Shown piece after piece: positions 53,001 through 62,279 of a stretch of DNA of 64,000 nt. The stretch comes from Adineta vaga (lineage: Eukaryota; Animalia; Rotifera), in the NCBI GenBank assembly GCA_021613535.1, contig CP075494.1, positions 4,836,001 to 4,900,000 of the forward strand, written 5' to 3'. Below the pieces are notes generated by a model. It was not told the origin of the DNA, ran no database searches, and worked only from the letters and a program-made list of their open reading frames with translations. The number at the start of each line of letters is the position of its first letter. Positions within the stretch are counted from its first letter, which is position 1. Made by a program: the position numbers and the translations under genes.

Positions 53001-53397
53001 CACAGCAACTCTGACAGTTCCACCAACTATTCAGCTTCCGAAAGATTCAATATTTTTGACCAAATCACTCGAATTATTAGTTCAATTCTTTATCTTCAAT
53101 GGTACTCTCTTCTTTGAAACAGACGATGAACAAACAACATATTGCGAATGTTTAAGTTTATGTCCAAAGCCTCGAACGAACAATGAAGAAGAAGCTTTTC
53201 AAAATGGTTGGATCGATATTGATGGATATGTTGACAACGCTGAACATCGTCGTCAATTAAGAATCAATCGAGTTTTGTTCAACTCCAATCCATTACTTTT
53301 CATAAAAACACTTTTAGAAATTCGAAATAATGCACATGCTACAATTACATCACATATTGGTAGTATTATTCTTAATTCAATGAAACTCTTTAACTAA
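44056..53397 (+). CDS. Giant (3113 aa) intronless DUF3638/DUF3645-family protein with an SF2 P-loop ATPase-like core
   Basis: NHLFLPHYLP N-terminus, FGSFRSGHRLQW, LALLHAMTSHPLPD, QMNMGEGKTSVI, DVLDESDE, AVPFRAKD...EFGHPDV, GFSGTND, YLDEIHTRGTDFK, QACMRMR and EEQQRELEQELEEE. Confidence 0.88.
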   Translation: MNESIVNHLFLPHYLPSCAEQDFLTHGNHENEYKLLECMKEYFYSMSTTAMLPLFETIHRCMVQWSNLQNPQNFSVGSIRSAIEQMSSGSFLPVYFRAQNAAILIEIDHINVNQPIISAWQVLLPAGEVTSTMVPHLACFPITTYKLQDRAQLTSTSHCELLIDFMNHTIEYSKASKASREVDEIREVPESHYVCQWWIQHFDNIEIIENSNPSIRFNKKHRDQIRLNGGLVPFRRSGLWMTIKTVLHTILTKHLGLTTSTIVYKLLITQFLTHVIYKQNISTDLQVHCVRKIVRRLNKIECLPAEMETDGMSTWIQRTKQDIVLKIDEIIPKPVWQKRIPSKNTKENSSLGINVQLKNSKIYRHSCLEFKTYLEELKSIATPHSVLGLNSYIDNSNVHQADYIPSMKILTDHFKYTIDIVLSRIELWVESSLEVWINRTATFQNNKNRFSVLLDFFEEYQIAALNHCWSEKGPTDTTSYSRFILTSLTIIRCMYDNLCKNPSFERLKLHCINIPNLLDSFEYLILPKQTDMIRARALYNYLDEFSRKSYPDLLINIKSCDAFGVYYANRSSMMNESIQRIRDQADRDQQQKIREVNDAKERYRQLINSISGLSCTCDYQYVYWRKCHRCITQEQANTIQVGIFECPMPKEKESALAVIFELQMPTEIRCYREILWQFINRPKPSILKNNMYEWLHVSPHQEKLGSYFTGRHDCKVKLVSQVTSATQTHYRYPPSIVSTPVEGFLFDNSLEVQISLMQPISFEDERRILTPRLNHLSYKQLQFTLNTTEFLQNNVIANLSSCPTRIKPFQFVEFGSFRSGHRLQWWNLLVILEMDSLSIAEESVAILIIHSILQYGPLKTDQSLLPNHWCTESHQQIFKDHFVDELLDRLNHHLDNIELNWQNELALVVITAITMRIFTLCNPTRINEVVELVMKCRRIGEEWIIRILTSIQTISVADLDEIKKLHLKMIHISICSILTFSADPNRIHSLLCTNQHVVSLLKATTMIHDNIILSKNESDMSIFMKNLMRYSKHILVIIQPTIADYLQKTSFEALNEFAAIYWAVIRSKGKMNEQWKKRYVDMHDGWYDCQYESRLISIDCIQGLFLVDEMTIGFLPEQITSNELFTRVFDSHVFEVQAAELPHTYITKHSYHNGRVLYEFHFDNRTKCLIVNERHLQQDNMFQLIPHHCFEKELPDTFVSDHSHWWNAKTRHLQFRPVQFQNKEFLDDKPYVLNMDTGHVITVETDNMQMLVNQSSKFFCSLFSSYFSRLDDQPYVYMMRDNNYKSNVIIHIYLSRLNIAFQYNSDTQVIISREYSDMRIDQNQWLGTLTGLTSGLLLSPLSINNQTLESYPYRKLIVPFGNVLVTATTFSDHQTVTIQRTSIPNEFLRHYFVFILNDRLNILQSTDSPTGWFYLALLHAMTSHPLPDEYTKMAGMERAFQLLNSAGCWSDQSFDGLSLNILAQIASISPKVNYFPPTLQLMVKIDWNKNGLAYSLQHFGYYLIAKQLINASQQFSFMYPSLNSNKTPEVFEGKLYNETLLKKLYWEYRDSYNPIARLSSMIEEDIQKLCYSSPHQSDPEYCLHIASYNPVSLTTNLYSKGNVKLKDCFVQNYLPLSQWVSDENQLKNMWVGLLKIIYQIKQESNEHTTDNIKRIENLLDFLHYISRQCNVEPFYIQILKTVLESSTTLLECVTFPQFITYERIEDITFVRNQIDFIDHHTPYDKNRIMSEIESCFSTNCCYEDKCRLVIPANVTQVNQLFTSWRNNHRLHSFLSDVQNRICSTAIKMFKIKVSYQPQTFSCERIENHHTIQLKVSCEPIDQTLVQRAHEKFYQNHSTQFNKTIVSLQPTTDQKEFPHDIFPFTDDQNNPLSDITNYFKNHLTKSWGKLFEEEESEKVDPSIEEINVFLHSLREESTKEWNELNESIRTSNEQLFESGLVSRITPTTLIYLLQQIGTTIDLNIDQKTLLGGILVSWTLEQQLERALHFAAHEKWEDLKKEIFNTPHCNWIPSEHIPWLILELEMNITIREAQIKVARHMMQSVIVPNDTTVKNIVMQMNMGEGKTSVILPMLALSLSSTHSSLVRIIVLKSLFPTNYQSLRYKLGGLLNRRIFPFVCRRDLNFNDAQIKQISNRFQQGLHNCDVVLTAPEDILSFDLLTMDKCRREEFDVGQSMLTLQRWLKRYIRDVLDESDEILHVKYQLIYTIGGQQQVDGGVSRWETIQSILDLVKKHAAEISRTFTNEVCYKPPERKSAFPQFRLQSQVPFPQLCKNIADDWLNQRSLRHNAKDAVLSFILKTELSVDTLLNKFPLYDLQLFLIVRGLLSAEVLLVTLKKRYRVNYGINPNLSLNRLLAVPFRAKDVATDRTEFGHPDVALVLTHLTYYYSGLSDSQMTQCFDRLSEEETDSASIYDQWISYEYTDDIPTSIKQWKGVNLKDYQQKTQYLFPKLRYNMLVVNYFLNHFVFPREAKQFPYKLIASAWDLSSSSRSKIITGFSGTNDTQLLLPIDIRQDDLPELQKTDAIVVNNLLQRENESYQSLPINIISNEILEQILKHKENINVILDVGALFIDGTNQDIAMKWLNLSNKTQIDYAVYFNSDSIVVCDRQNHPPHLFVTSPASERLDRCVFYLDEIHTRGTDFKFPKGFRAAVTLGNGLTKDRFVQACMRMRKLGNGHSLTFLSSYEVHHQITRLILRTNPNTSITVKDILRWVYENTVYTTWDGLHHWASQSLSFQRKVTAFQGINWNNYEQIFTNEMMKELANACLEPEIIELKAMYGARRALQTVFDIHCERYRQNKHFLSPRIRKIVIQRLLDYGGGKTRLSQLLDEEQQRELEQELEEERQLERPPPVKPHPAVLYEEIKRLGDISGTVMDLTQFPQVFRPLSYAFIDTTFQSLCQANSWSSNLWISTEFQRVISTKGESLDPFLRPPRWVLIYRNQHIIFVNALEANWLIGRLQSNSSPITTLRLLLPRVKRIQSILVNTATLTVPPTIQLPKDSIFLTKSLELLVQFFIFNGTLFFETDDEQTTYCECLSLCPKPRTNNEEEAFQNGWIDIDGYVDNAEHRRQLRINRVLFNSNPLLFIKTLLEIRNNAHATITSHIGSIILNSMKLFN

Positions 53398-53854
53398 AAC
53401 TATAAAAATAAATAAAATGAATTTTTGCCGTCCTTTCACTTTGATATACCTTTTCTAATTTAGTTAACAATAAAATAATTTTTCCATTGATTATTGAATT
53501 AACAGCGTCATCTATTGTTACTAGGCAACGCTTTTATGTATGTCTTTGAGTCATATCTCATGCGATATGATGCATTAGTAGAACATTCATCGTCAAAGAA
53601 TTCCTTTATTCTTCTCATAAGCAAACGAAAGAACGATAGAGAACATTTTCATATAAGATGTGCGTACTAATTCAACCAGACTCACGTTGTTTTATGTAAT
53701 AATCAGATTTTTTTGTCGTTGTTTTCTCTCAATTACAGAAGTAATGGTCGTGAAGAATAGCAAAAAAGAAAAATGTCAATAACAACCATTATATGCACGT
53801 TGTGAACAGATTTTTCTTCAATTGACAAAAATCTATTTTCTATCCAATACATAG

Positions 53855-55888
53855 ATGACAGAAACAAAGTCCAAGGGGAAAGATAAGCATGGTGATTGGT
53901 ATGCTGATTCATTAAATCCAGTTAATCCCACTCCTGAATTTATGGGTAATTATCCTCAACCAAAATTCACAACGTCAACAGTACCTGATATTGATCCACT
54001 GAATGAACCGACAGCAGAACCGCCCTCATTGGTCATTCATCCACCAAGACCACCACGCTCAAAAATAGGTCCTTTTATTCAATTTATTACTACGGATTTG
54101 AAGAATATGTTATGGATGGGTAGCTTATTAATCTTTCGACATATTTCATTTGAACGACCAAAACTTGAATTTCAGTCAGATGTTAAAATTGATTTTAATT
54201 GGGAAATTTTATATGAAAATTTATTTAATTTACGTGCATATCGTGTCAATCTTTCTATTCAACTACGTTCCGGTGAAGGTAATGAGAAAATTATATGGAA
54301 AATCGATTGGGGTGATGAAAAAACAAATGGTTTATTTCATATTCCTCGTCTTGATCAACATTGGCGTGGAGGTTTCTTTTCATGCAATGGTTTTGATGCG
54401 TATGTTCCGAAAGAAGTGACTATAGATTTAACTTATTCAAATGTTTGGAATCATCTACTTTCTATTCATGATGAAATACCATTACATCTATTATTATGGG
54501 GTGGTGATCAGATTTATATAGATTTTATTTTTGAAGATGTTCCATTTCTTCGTGCTTGGGTCAATATGGAATGGAATGAAAAATGGACAACAGATTTTCG
54601 TGATGATTTGAAAGAACAAGTAGAAGAATATCATTTTAATACTTATATAGAAAATTGGGACCGTCGTTTGGAGGTAAATAGAGCATTAAAATCCATTCCA
54701 AGTTTAATGATGTGGGATGATCATGATATATTTGATGGTGCTGGATCATATCCACCTCTACTTCATGATAGTCCAATGATGATGGGATTGTTTGGTGCAG
54801 CGCAAAAGATGCGACTTTTATTTCAACATCATACGACATTTGATAAAGCACGTGAACATCGTTTATTTGGACATGAAGGTTATAATAGTTTTGCTCGATG
54901 TGGTCGGCATTTAGCAATCGTTGGTACTGATGGACGAACTGAACGTGATACTGAAACAGTTCAACATGAAAATACATGGAAGATGATTTTCGATCGATTA
55001 GAAAATGAACTTGAAACTGTTGAACATTTGATTATTCTGTTTCCTGTACCATTTTCTTTTGTTCGTGTTCAACTTGCTGAAACGATTTTTGAACATTTAA
55101 AAAATCTTCCATACAAATGGCGAAATGGTGCAATTCTTAAAAAAACCAATTCTATCTTTGGTCTACCCGAACTTTACGATGATCTTCTCGATGAATGGAC
55201 ACATCGAGCACATATTGAAGAACGTAATCGTATTCTTATTCGTTTTCAACAACTAGCGGAAAAGAAAAAAGTTCGAATAAGTTTTTTTAGTGGTGATGTA
55301 CATTGTTGTGGAATTAGTCGATTTCAAACGCGTGGAAAGCGTCGACCAATACCATTAAATGATTCGAAATTAATGTATCAAATTATTTCTTCCGCTATTG
55401 TAAATATGCCTACATCAGAAACTGCTATTAAAGTTGCACATCGTTTTCAAACAAAATGGACACCAGTCGATAATACAGAAGAAGAAATAATCGATTTTTT
55501 TGATCGAAGACCTGAAAATGGTGGTAAAGTTTTTCATAAAAAGTTTCGTCCAAATAGAAATTGGTGTTTTTTCGAACAATGTTCGAATATTTTAACATCT
55601 ACTGTTACTGTTGTACAAAATCATTGTCATCATTGTTTTCCATGTCGTGGAAATCATGTGGTACCAATTAGTTTAGGTCCAACTTCTGATCAACAAGGTC
55701 ATGGTAGTCAACAATTACCAATTCATAATCATTCCTATGAGAAATCATGTCAACAATTGATTCAAACGGACCAACGACAAATTGGTATACATGATTTAAG
55801 AATTCGATTATGGTTAGAAAGTACGCATAAGCATGACGATAAAAAACAATTTGTTAGTTATGATCTTCTCATTCCAAATCTCAAATAA
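53855..55888 (+). CDS. PhoD-like metallophosphatase, fungal/bacterial type (intronless)
   Basis: FFSCNGF, WGGDQIY, MMWDDHDIFDG.GSYP, DDLLDEW, SGDVH and YQIISSAIVN. Confidence 0.85.
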   Translation: MTETKSKGKDKHGDWYADSLNPVNPTPEFMGNYPQPKFTTSTVPDIDPLNEPTAEPPSLVIHPPRPPRSKIGPFIQFITTDLKNMLWMGSLLIFRHISFERPKLEFQSDVKIDFNWEILYENLFNLRAYRVNLSIQLRSGEGNEKIIWKIDWGDEKTNGLFHIPRLDQHWRGGFFSCNGFDAYVPKEVTIDLTYSNVWNHLLSIHDEIPLHLLLWGGDQIYIDFIFEDVPFLRAWVNMEWNEKWTTDFRDDLKEQVEEYHFNTYIENWDRRLEVNRALKSIPSLMMWDDHDIFDGAGSYPPLLHDSPMMMGLFGAAQKMRLLFQHHTTFDKAREHRLFGHEGYNSFARCGRHLAIVGTDGRTERDTETVQHENTWKMIFDRLENELETVEHLIILFPVPFSFVRVQLAETIFEHLKNLPYKWRNGAILKKTNSIFGLPELYDDLLDEWTHRAHIEERNRILIRFQQLAEKKKVRISFFSGDVHCCGISRFQTRGKRRPIPLNDSKLMYQIISSAIVNMPTSETAIKVAHRFQTKWTPVDNTEEEIIDFFDRRPENGGKVFHKKFRPNRNWCFFEQCSNILTSTVTVVQNHCHHCFPCRGNHVVPISLGPTSDQQGHGSQQLPIHNHSYEKSCQQLIQTDQRQIGIHDLRIRLWLESTHKHDDKKQFVSYDLLIPNLK

Positions 55889-56039
55889 TTTGTTTTTTGG
55901 TCAGCCATTTGATAATTATAGTAAAATAAAAAGAAAATGAATTTTATCATCTGAATCATTGTCTTAAAAAAGATTGTCAGTGTTTTTTCTTCACATCTAA
56001 CCATTCTGAAAAAAAAACTTAGCATGTGAATACTGAAGA

Positions 56040-56990
56040 ATGTCATTAGCATGTATTAGTCAACAAATAGTCATCTGTGTAGATATGTTTATTTTGATTA
56101 CTGGTGTTTTCGGCAATAGAATGAACGCTTACGTATTTTCAAGTAATCATACTCATCATACAACTGCAACGGCATGCTATTTTCTTGTTGAATCAATATG
56201 GAAAAATATTTTTTTAATAATAAACCTTACACTACGCATAATAACTTGTACATCATGAATATGATGTAAAATACGGCAATAGTTGCTTCATATATCCAAT
56301 ACGATATCCATTACGTATGCATGTTTAGCTATAATCGATCAATGTTTTGTTACATCTACTTATGCATCAGTATGACGGATGAGTCGAGTTCGATGGACTC
56401 GTTGGATTATATTTGTTGTTATCCTTCTCTGATGTCTACATGGAATTCCTTTCCATATCTATTATAACATTTCACCAATTAATAATACATGTAGTTCTAC
56501 AAATCCAGCATTTACTCTTTATGTTGCAATACATTTCATTATGATTATTGCTGTTATTCTAGCAATAATAATATTGGTATTTGGAAGCTCAACTTATCGT
56601 CATCTGCGACAAAGGACGGCTCTTGTTGAACAACAGGCTGATCGACAATTAAGTAAGATGATGTTATTATAAATTATACTTATTATTATTTGTAATTTTC
56701 CCATTAGTATTTTTAATGCATACAATGTGATTACGGCTAGAGTTGCTAAATATGAAGATCGACAAGAGAAAGAATACCTTATATCTACAATAATCAATCT
56801 ATTGAAGCAACAGGTTATTATGCTGTATGTTTATATCGTATTAAAACGTTTGATATCGATTCTTTTTATCAATGTTTTTAGGCAAGTTTCTACATGTTTC
56901 TCCATTTGAAGCTCCGTAATATAAACAATAATATTAAGAAAATAAAACATACAGTTCTCCTCAAAATATTTTTTTTGACTAAACGAAAAT
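56040..56990 (+). pseudogene. Class A GPCR pseudogene
   Basis: GVFGN, CLAIIDQC and ADRQL motifs are recoverable, but with several stops and frameshifts. Confidence 0.75.
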
Positions 56991-58059
56991 TTGATAAACG
57001 TTCGAGAAATAAATTCTCTGATGGCGAAAGTATTTGATTTTTCTTAACAATAACGATCAGACAAACTGCATTATTTGAATATGTAATATTTTCACTAATA
57101 AACATGAGAAACTTGTGCCTGAAATTGTTATAGAAGAATCTTAAAAAATAGACCACGATGCTCACAATTAAAATCAAAAGATATTCAAGAAAAAAGTTTT
57201 TCATACCGATATTCCAACAAGTACCATAGTTTTGCAAAGTCGATAATCGTATTGATAAACACTACCATTTGAAACGATTTGTATTCAAACAAGAATAATG
57301 AGAGAATGTACCTCCATTTCGAAACGTATTATATGGAATCGTAGTCAAATTACAAAATAGACTAATGTAATAAAGATTAGAACATTGTGGAGCAATAAAA
57401 AGATTGATAATGATTCTATAGTTGCTCTCATTGTTGACATATCTGTCCTGTCGTTGGATGTAAACGTTGTTATGACGCTCGTTAATCCTACTGCAGAACT
57501 TTCAAATAAGAAAAAAAAGGATCATAACACCGGTCCTTTGATTATATGACCACATAATTACCTGATTCAATTTGATACCATTATCAATGAACAGACCGTA
57601 AGGAGTTGAGCTATAAATATAGTACTGTCAATTATAGTTGTTACATTCATATATCCTATGTTACACAAAATTTAAAGCAAGGTTGATTGTAGAATATACC
57701 TAAAGAAAAATCAGATTGAAACAGACAGTATATCCTTTCTTTGACTAAAAATTCACTGAGAATAACACAGCAAATAAACCAAACAATCACTGGATAACTA
57801 AAATTCATCCTATTTGATTTTGTACACAAAGTCCAATGGCATGTGAAAGGAAAGAGTTTGATGAAGTACAATTATTTTTTCTAATGTTTTCAAATAAAGA
57901 ACGCATCAATATTGAAACAATTCAATGAATATAGAATTATTATACAATTTTTTTTTAATTGCTGATAGATATTCAAACATAAACAAAAAAAAGAATTAAA
58001 ACTTAATACTATCTACTATTTGTCGTTATAAATTGAATCACAAAAACAAAACACTTGTA

Positions 58060-59136
58060 TTAAACTTGATTTTTCTCGAAAACATCTCTCATTTGTTTCA
58101 AAACATATTCCACGTTCTCCCTTGTAATCATATAATGTGTTATTAATCGACATTTCCATTTTCCACTTGCACCTATGAGAATTTGATGTTCTTGTTTTAA
58201 AAGATGAGCTAGCGCAGATGCATCGATTTTAATCCTATTAGAATCTATTTCGAAAAAGACAATATTTGTTTGCACATCTTTCTCTGGATCAATTTCACAA
58301 CCGGATATTTTTGCTAAGCCTTCAGCAAGTAATTTCGCATTTTGATGATCTAATTTTAATAACTGTGGCATTTGTGTTAAAGAAACTATACCAGCAGCGG
58401 CTAGGATACCTGCTTGTCTCATTCCACCGCCTAATACTTTTCTTAATCGTCGTGCTTCTCGAATAAATTCTTCTGTACTGACAATCAATGAACCAACAGG
58501 TGCAGCTAAACCTTTTGATAAACACAGTGAAACAGAATCACAACATTCAACTAATTTTGCAGGTTCAATATTTAATTCAACAGCAGCATTCATCAGTCTT
58601 GCACCATCCATATGTAGTTTTAATCCATACTGTTGACATAATTGTCCAACACTTTGTATATATTCTCGTGTCAATATTTTTCCTCCCATTCGATTATGTG
58701 TATTTTCTAAACAAATCAATTTTGTTAGAGGAAAATGAGCATCATCTTTTACAGTTCGAATTCGTTGTTCAATATCTTTAATTAGAAGTGTTCCATCGGG
58801 TTGAGTTGGAACTGTTCGTATATGAACTCTTCCTAATGTAGAACATCCACCTTGTTCAAATAAATGTATATGACTTTCATCACCTAAGATTATTTCAGAA
58901 CCGAATTGTGAACAATGATTGAGAACACAAATAAGATTTGCCATTGTTCCTGATGGAACAAATAATGCTGCTTCTTTTCCTAATAATTTAGCTGCCATTT
59001 CTTGTAATTTTAAAACTGTTGGATCATCACCATAGACATCATCACCAACGTCAGCTTCGAACATTGCTTGACGCATTTCGGCCGATGGTTTTGTTACAGT
59101 ATCTGAACGAAGATCAATCAGTGATGAAGAAGACAT
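58060..59136 (-). CDS. ltaE: Low-specificity L-threonine aldolase (PLP-dependent), intronless
   Basis: [53 protein letters not shown] (PLP Lys) and GGGMRQAG. Confidence 0.93.
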   Translation of the reverse strand: MSSSSLIDLRSDTVTKPSAEMRQAMFEADVGDDVYGDDPTVLKLQEMAAKLLGKEAALFVPSGTMANLICVLNHCSQFGSEIILGDESHIHLFEQGGCSTLGRVHIRTVPTQPDGTLLIKDIEQRIRTVKDDAHFPLTKLICLENTHNRMGGKILTREYIQSVGQLCQQYGLKLHMDGARLMNAAVELNIEPAKLVECCDSVSLCLSKGLAAPVGSLIVSTEEFIREARRLRKVLGGGMRQAGILAAAGIVSLTQMPQLLKLDHQNAKLLAEGLAKISGCEIDPEKDVQTNIVFFEIDSNRIKIDASALAHLLKQEHQILIGASGKWKCRLITHYMITRENVEYVLKQMRDVFEKNQV

Positions 59137-59897
59137 CTTTTACTCTTTTTTTCTGGACGTGTATCAATGATAAAACGACAGAATATATAACGTTGATAGA
59201 AATTGAGATATTGTGTGCTTTTTTTCTGCTTGTCATATTTGATGAAGATAACAACGGTAAATAATTAGTCGTTACCTGCATATTTGAACTTTCAGCATGA
59301 AATTGTGTCAAAAGTTTTATCTTTGATATTGTCATATGACTCTGTAGAAAATGGAGTGTATCAAAAAATGGACGAGCACATATATATTAATTACCATGAC
59401 ATTTTCATTCGTGCTGTGTGAACGAAAATTTTGTAAACGGATCCTTGATTATGGGAAACTTTGTTGCAGTGACCTTTGTTCTATAGTAGATCTTGTAGTG
59501 ATGATAGTAGAGGTAGTGTCTAGTGTGTTAAATGATTCAAGAGAATGATAGACGGCAATACAATATTCTATCCTATTTAACTGCGATATTACTTTACCTT
59601 TTCGATGTTTTTTTCCATAAATCAAATTCAGTTGATACTGACCTATTGATATTGTGAGCATCACAAGAAAATCAAATTCAACATTCTAGAGATGATATTG
59701 TACATTTAATATCGTTACCATTATCAGTAGTTACTGAAAAGATTTTTGATTCAAGATTTAATAAAAAAATATATGATAGTTTTCATCATGGTAATGAGCA
59801 GTTATCGTCGAGGATTCATCCAAAGATCAGTTATTAAAGAAAGTATAGCCATCTTACTCGAGAACAAATCGAACATTTAGCCTTGCCATTCGTATTA

Positions 59898-61217
59898 CCG
59901 GGTGTTACAAAAGTTTTGCGACATTTTGAAAAATCTTTCTTTCCTTTCCGCGCATTAAGATAATTGGTTTAGTTCATATAGTTTCAGTAGATATTAGCGC
60001 CCCCTACCATATCAATAGCACGTGATTTATTAATTATTCTTCCGTTGATTGTACTATGGTTAAAAGTCACGATATGCGAGAAGTCGCTATTTCCCATTAT
60101 AAAGCTGGGAAAAAAGCTCCAGAAATTGCAAATTTGTTGGCAAATAAAGTTCATCGAAGTACCATTGATCGTTGGTTACACCGATACAAACAATCTGGTT
60201 CAATTTATGTTAAACAAAAATCAGGAAGACCAAAAACTGGCCGTACAAAACAAAAAATTCATTTTGTAAAAAAAAGACTTGATTCCAACATTTCTCGAAA
60301 AAGTTTGCGAACAATGGCCAAAGATTTTACAACTTCTTATGGAACGATCAAGCGAATACTTAATATTGATCTAAATAAAAAATGTTACCGAAAAATTACA
60401 GTTCAACATTTAAAAGACAATCAAATACCAATAAGAAAATCATGTTGTCAATGGATTAGGAAGAACATTAGTCGTTATAAATTAGAAAGAATGATGTTTA
60501 CTGATGAAAAAATTTTCACCAAGAATGGTCATTTCAATCCAAAAAATGATGTTGTGTGGGCCGACGATCGATCTGATGCTAATGAGCGTGGTGGACTGCA
60601 TCCAACTGAAAAATATCCAGTATGTATCATGGTAGCAGTTGGTGCAACATGGTATGGACTTACACGTCCATATTTTTTTTTGAATGGCGAACGTCTCAAT
60701 GGTCAAGCTTATCGTGATCAATTATTACCATTTTACAAAGAAGAAGGTGACCGGCTATTCGGACACCAAAATTGGGGCTTCCAGCAGGATGGGGCTAGTT
60801 CCCATACTGATAATAAAGCTCAAAAATGGTGCAAAAATAACTTCAAATTCTTCATTTCAAAAGAAAAATGGCCACCTAATTCACCTGAACTCAATCCACT
60901 TGACTATTCTATCTGGGATAATATCTCAAGTAATATGGAATATCGGAAGATCAAAACAATTAATGATTTACGTCGTGAAGTCGAAAAAGCAATAAAGAAA
61001 ATTGATGTTAATTATCTACGGGAAGTAATAGGTGCTTTCCTTCGACGAGTATATTCAGTAGAAAAACATGATGGTGAATTGATAATCGATGAGTATAACT
61101 GATTGTTGTAGTACTGTGTCGTAGCTGTTAAGACAATATATTGTTATTTTATTTGTTTACTTTCTTTTGAAATAAACTGATCTTTCTGAAATGTCGCAAA
61201 ACTTTTGTAACACCCGG
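59898..61217 (+). mobile_element. Complete Tc1/mariner-superfamily DNA transposon, DD37D (maT) family
   Basis: Perfect 29-bp TIRs CCGGGTGTTACAAAAGTTTTGCGACATTT (59898-59926 and 61189-61217); TA target duplication at 59896-59897 and 61218-61219. Confidence 0.96.
60056..61102 (+). CDS. DD37D transposase, intact (348 aa)
   Basis: HTH region with SGRP, then FTDEK, FQQDGA and WPPNSPELNPLDY; 37 residues between the second and third Asp. Confidence 0.95.
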   Translation: MVKSHDMREVAISHYKAGKKAPEIANLLANKVHRSTIDRWLHRYKQSGSIYVKQKSGRPKTGRTKQKIHFVKKRLDSNISRKSLRTMAKDFTTSYGTIKRILNIDLNKKCYRKITVQHLKDNQIPIRKSCCQWIRKNISRYKLERMMFTDEKIFTKNGHFNPKNDVVWADDRSDANERGGLHPTEKYPVCIMVAVGATWYGLTRPYFFLNGERLNGQAYRDQLLPFYKEEGDRLFGHQNWGFQQDGASSHTDNKAQKWCKNNFKFFISKEKWPPNSPELNPLDYSIWDNISSNMEYRKIKTINDLRREVEKAIKKIDVNYLREVIGAFLRRVYSVEKHDGELIIDEYN

Positions 61218-62279
61218 TAATAGTGGTAGTATCGAAATAGTTAATAGGTCGTTTCTGTGAAGTTGTTCTGTTATTTAAATTTGAATCTTCATCGAAGATA
61301 GTATATCAACACTAGCAGTTGACATGTCATAACTATCCTATTCTGCATCTTCTTGATTTTCAGATGGACCTGAACTGTCAATATCATGGTTATCGAAATG
61401 TTTCAGGTGAATGTTACAAACCATTCTCGATGATATTATCTGTGCCGTAGATAATATATATATATAGTTATTTCAATGTCATATAAATTCTCTGTAAAAA
61501 TAAATAGTAGAATTTCTTTTTATTCTGAATAGCTCATAAAAAACCAAATTTATTTTAAAAGTTTAATAACAAAAATGCTGTTTTATGTAAGGCACATATG
61601 ATAGTCGATTTGCTGTTATACAAAATGTCATACTGGACAGTTCATACTGTTGACTTTCTAACGAGTGTTATTTTACTTCTGTTATATGCTTAGATTCAAG
61701 ACGAGAACAAATTCTAAAATTGACATGGAAAAACCTTGTAGCAGAATCTGTGATCAATAACTAATAAATATTATACTAATTCACCAAAAATACAGTAATT
61801 CTGTCTTTTAATTGTTTTGATAAACGTAGATTTGTATTATTGACATCTTATGATAATTTTATTGTGATGAAGAAGTAAAATCTTGAATTTATATTTATTT
61901 TCAATCCGGCTAGATCAACAATTCTTATCACAGTAAACGTAAGAGCTGATCGTTTTATAAAGTAAAACCAATCGAAAGAATATTTGAGTAAAATTTGATT
62001 TTCACTTCAATTTTTATGATTAAATTTATTCAAATAATTTGCATTGAGCTAGATAATTAATATATTAGAGAAAATAGCATTTTTATTATGTTGTAATATA
62101 TTGTTGCATATCTTTTAAACGAATATCTCAATTTATAAAACACATACGATCACTCCTTCAATATTATAACAATGTTTCAGCAATACTTTGTCTTTTACTA
62201 AAATTTTAAATTTATTTTTATAAATGAAGATTTTCTTTATAAAATGAAGATAAAATAACACCTCTAGGTGATAGTTTCT

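Larger units (their letters stand above)
59640..61300 (-). mobile_element. Decayed hAT transposase remnant interrupted by the maT element
   Basis: On the minus strand, in hAT order: KRPINYF...NGKAKCSIC (BED-finger-like, spanning the insertion site), SLITDLW, ITAHY, KIFSVTTDNG and SCDAHNIN, with stops and large deletions. Confidence 0.7.

Noticed and set aside
57150-57871. Possible decayed secreted LRR gene on the minus strand (CNLTTIPYNTFRN)
   Set aside because: The fragments could not be joined into a credible model.
44056-59136. Bacterial or fungal contaminant segment
   Set aside because: Base composition matches the flanks, AATAAA follows the giant ORF's stop, a GPCR pseudogene lies within the segment, and there is no operon structure.
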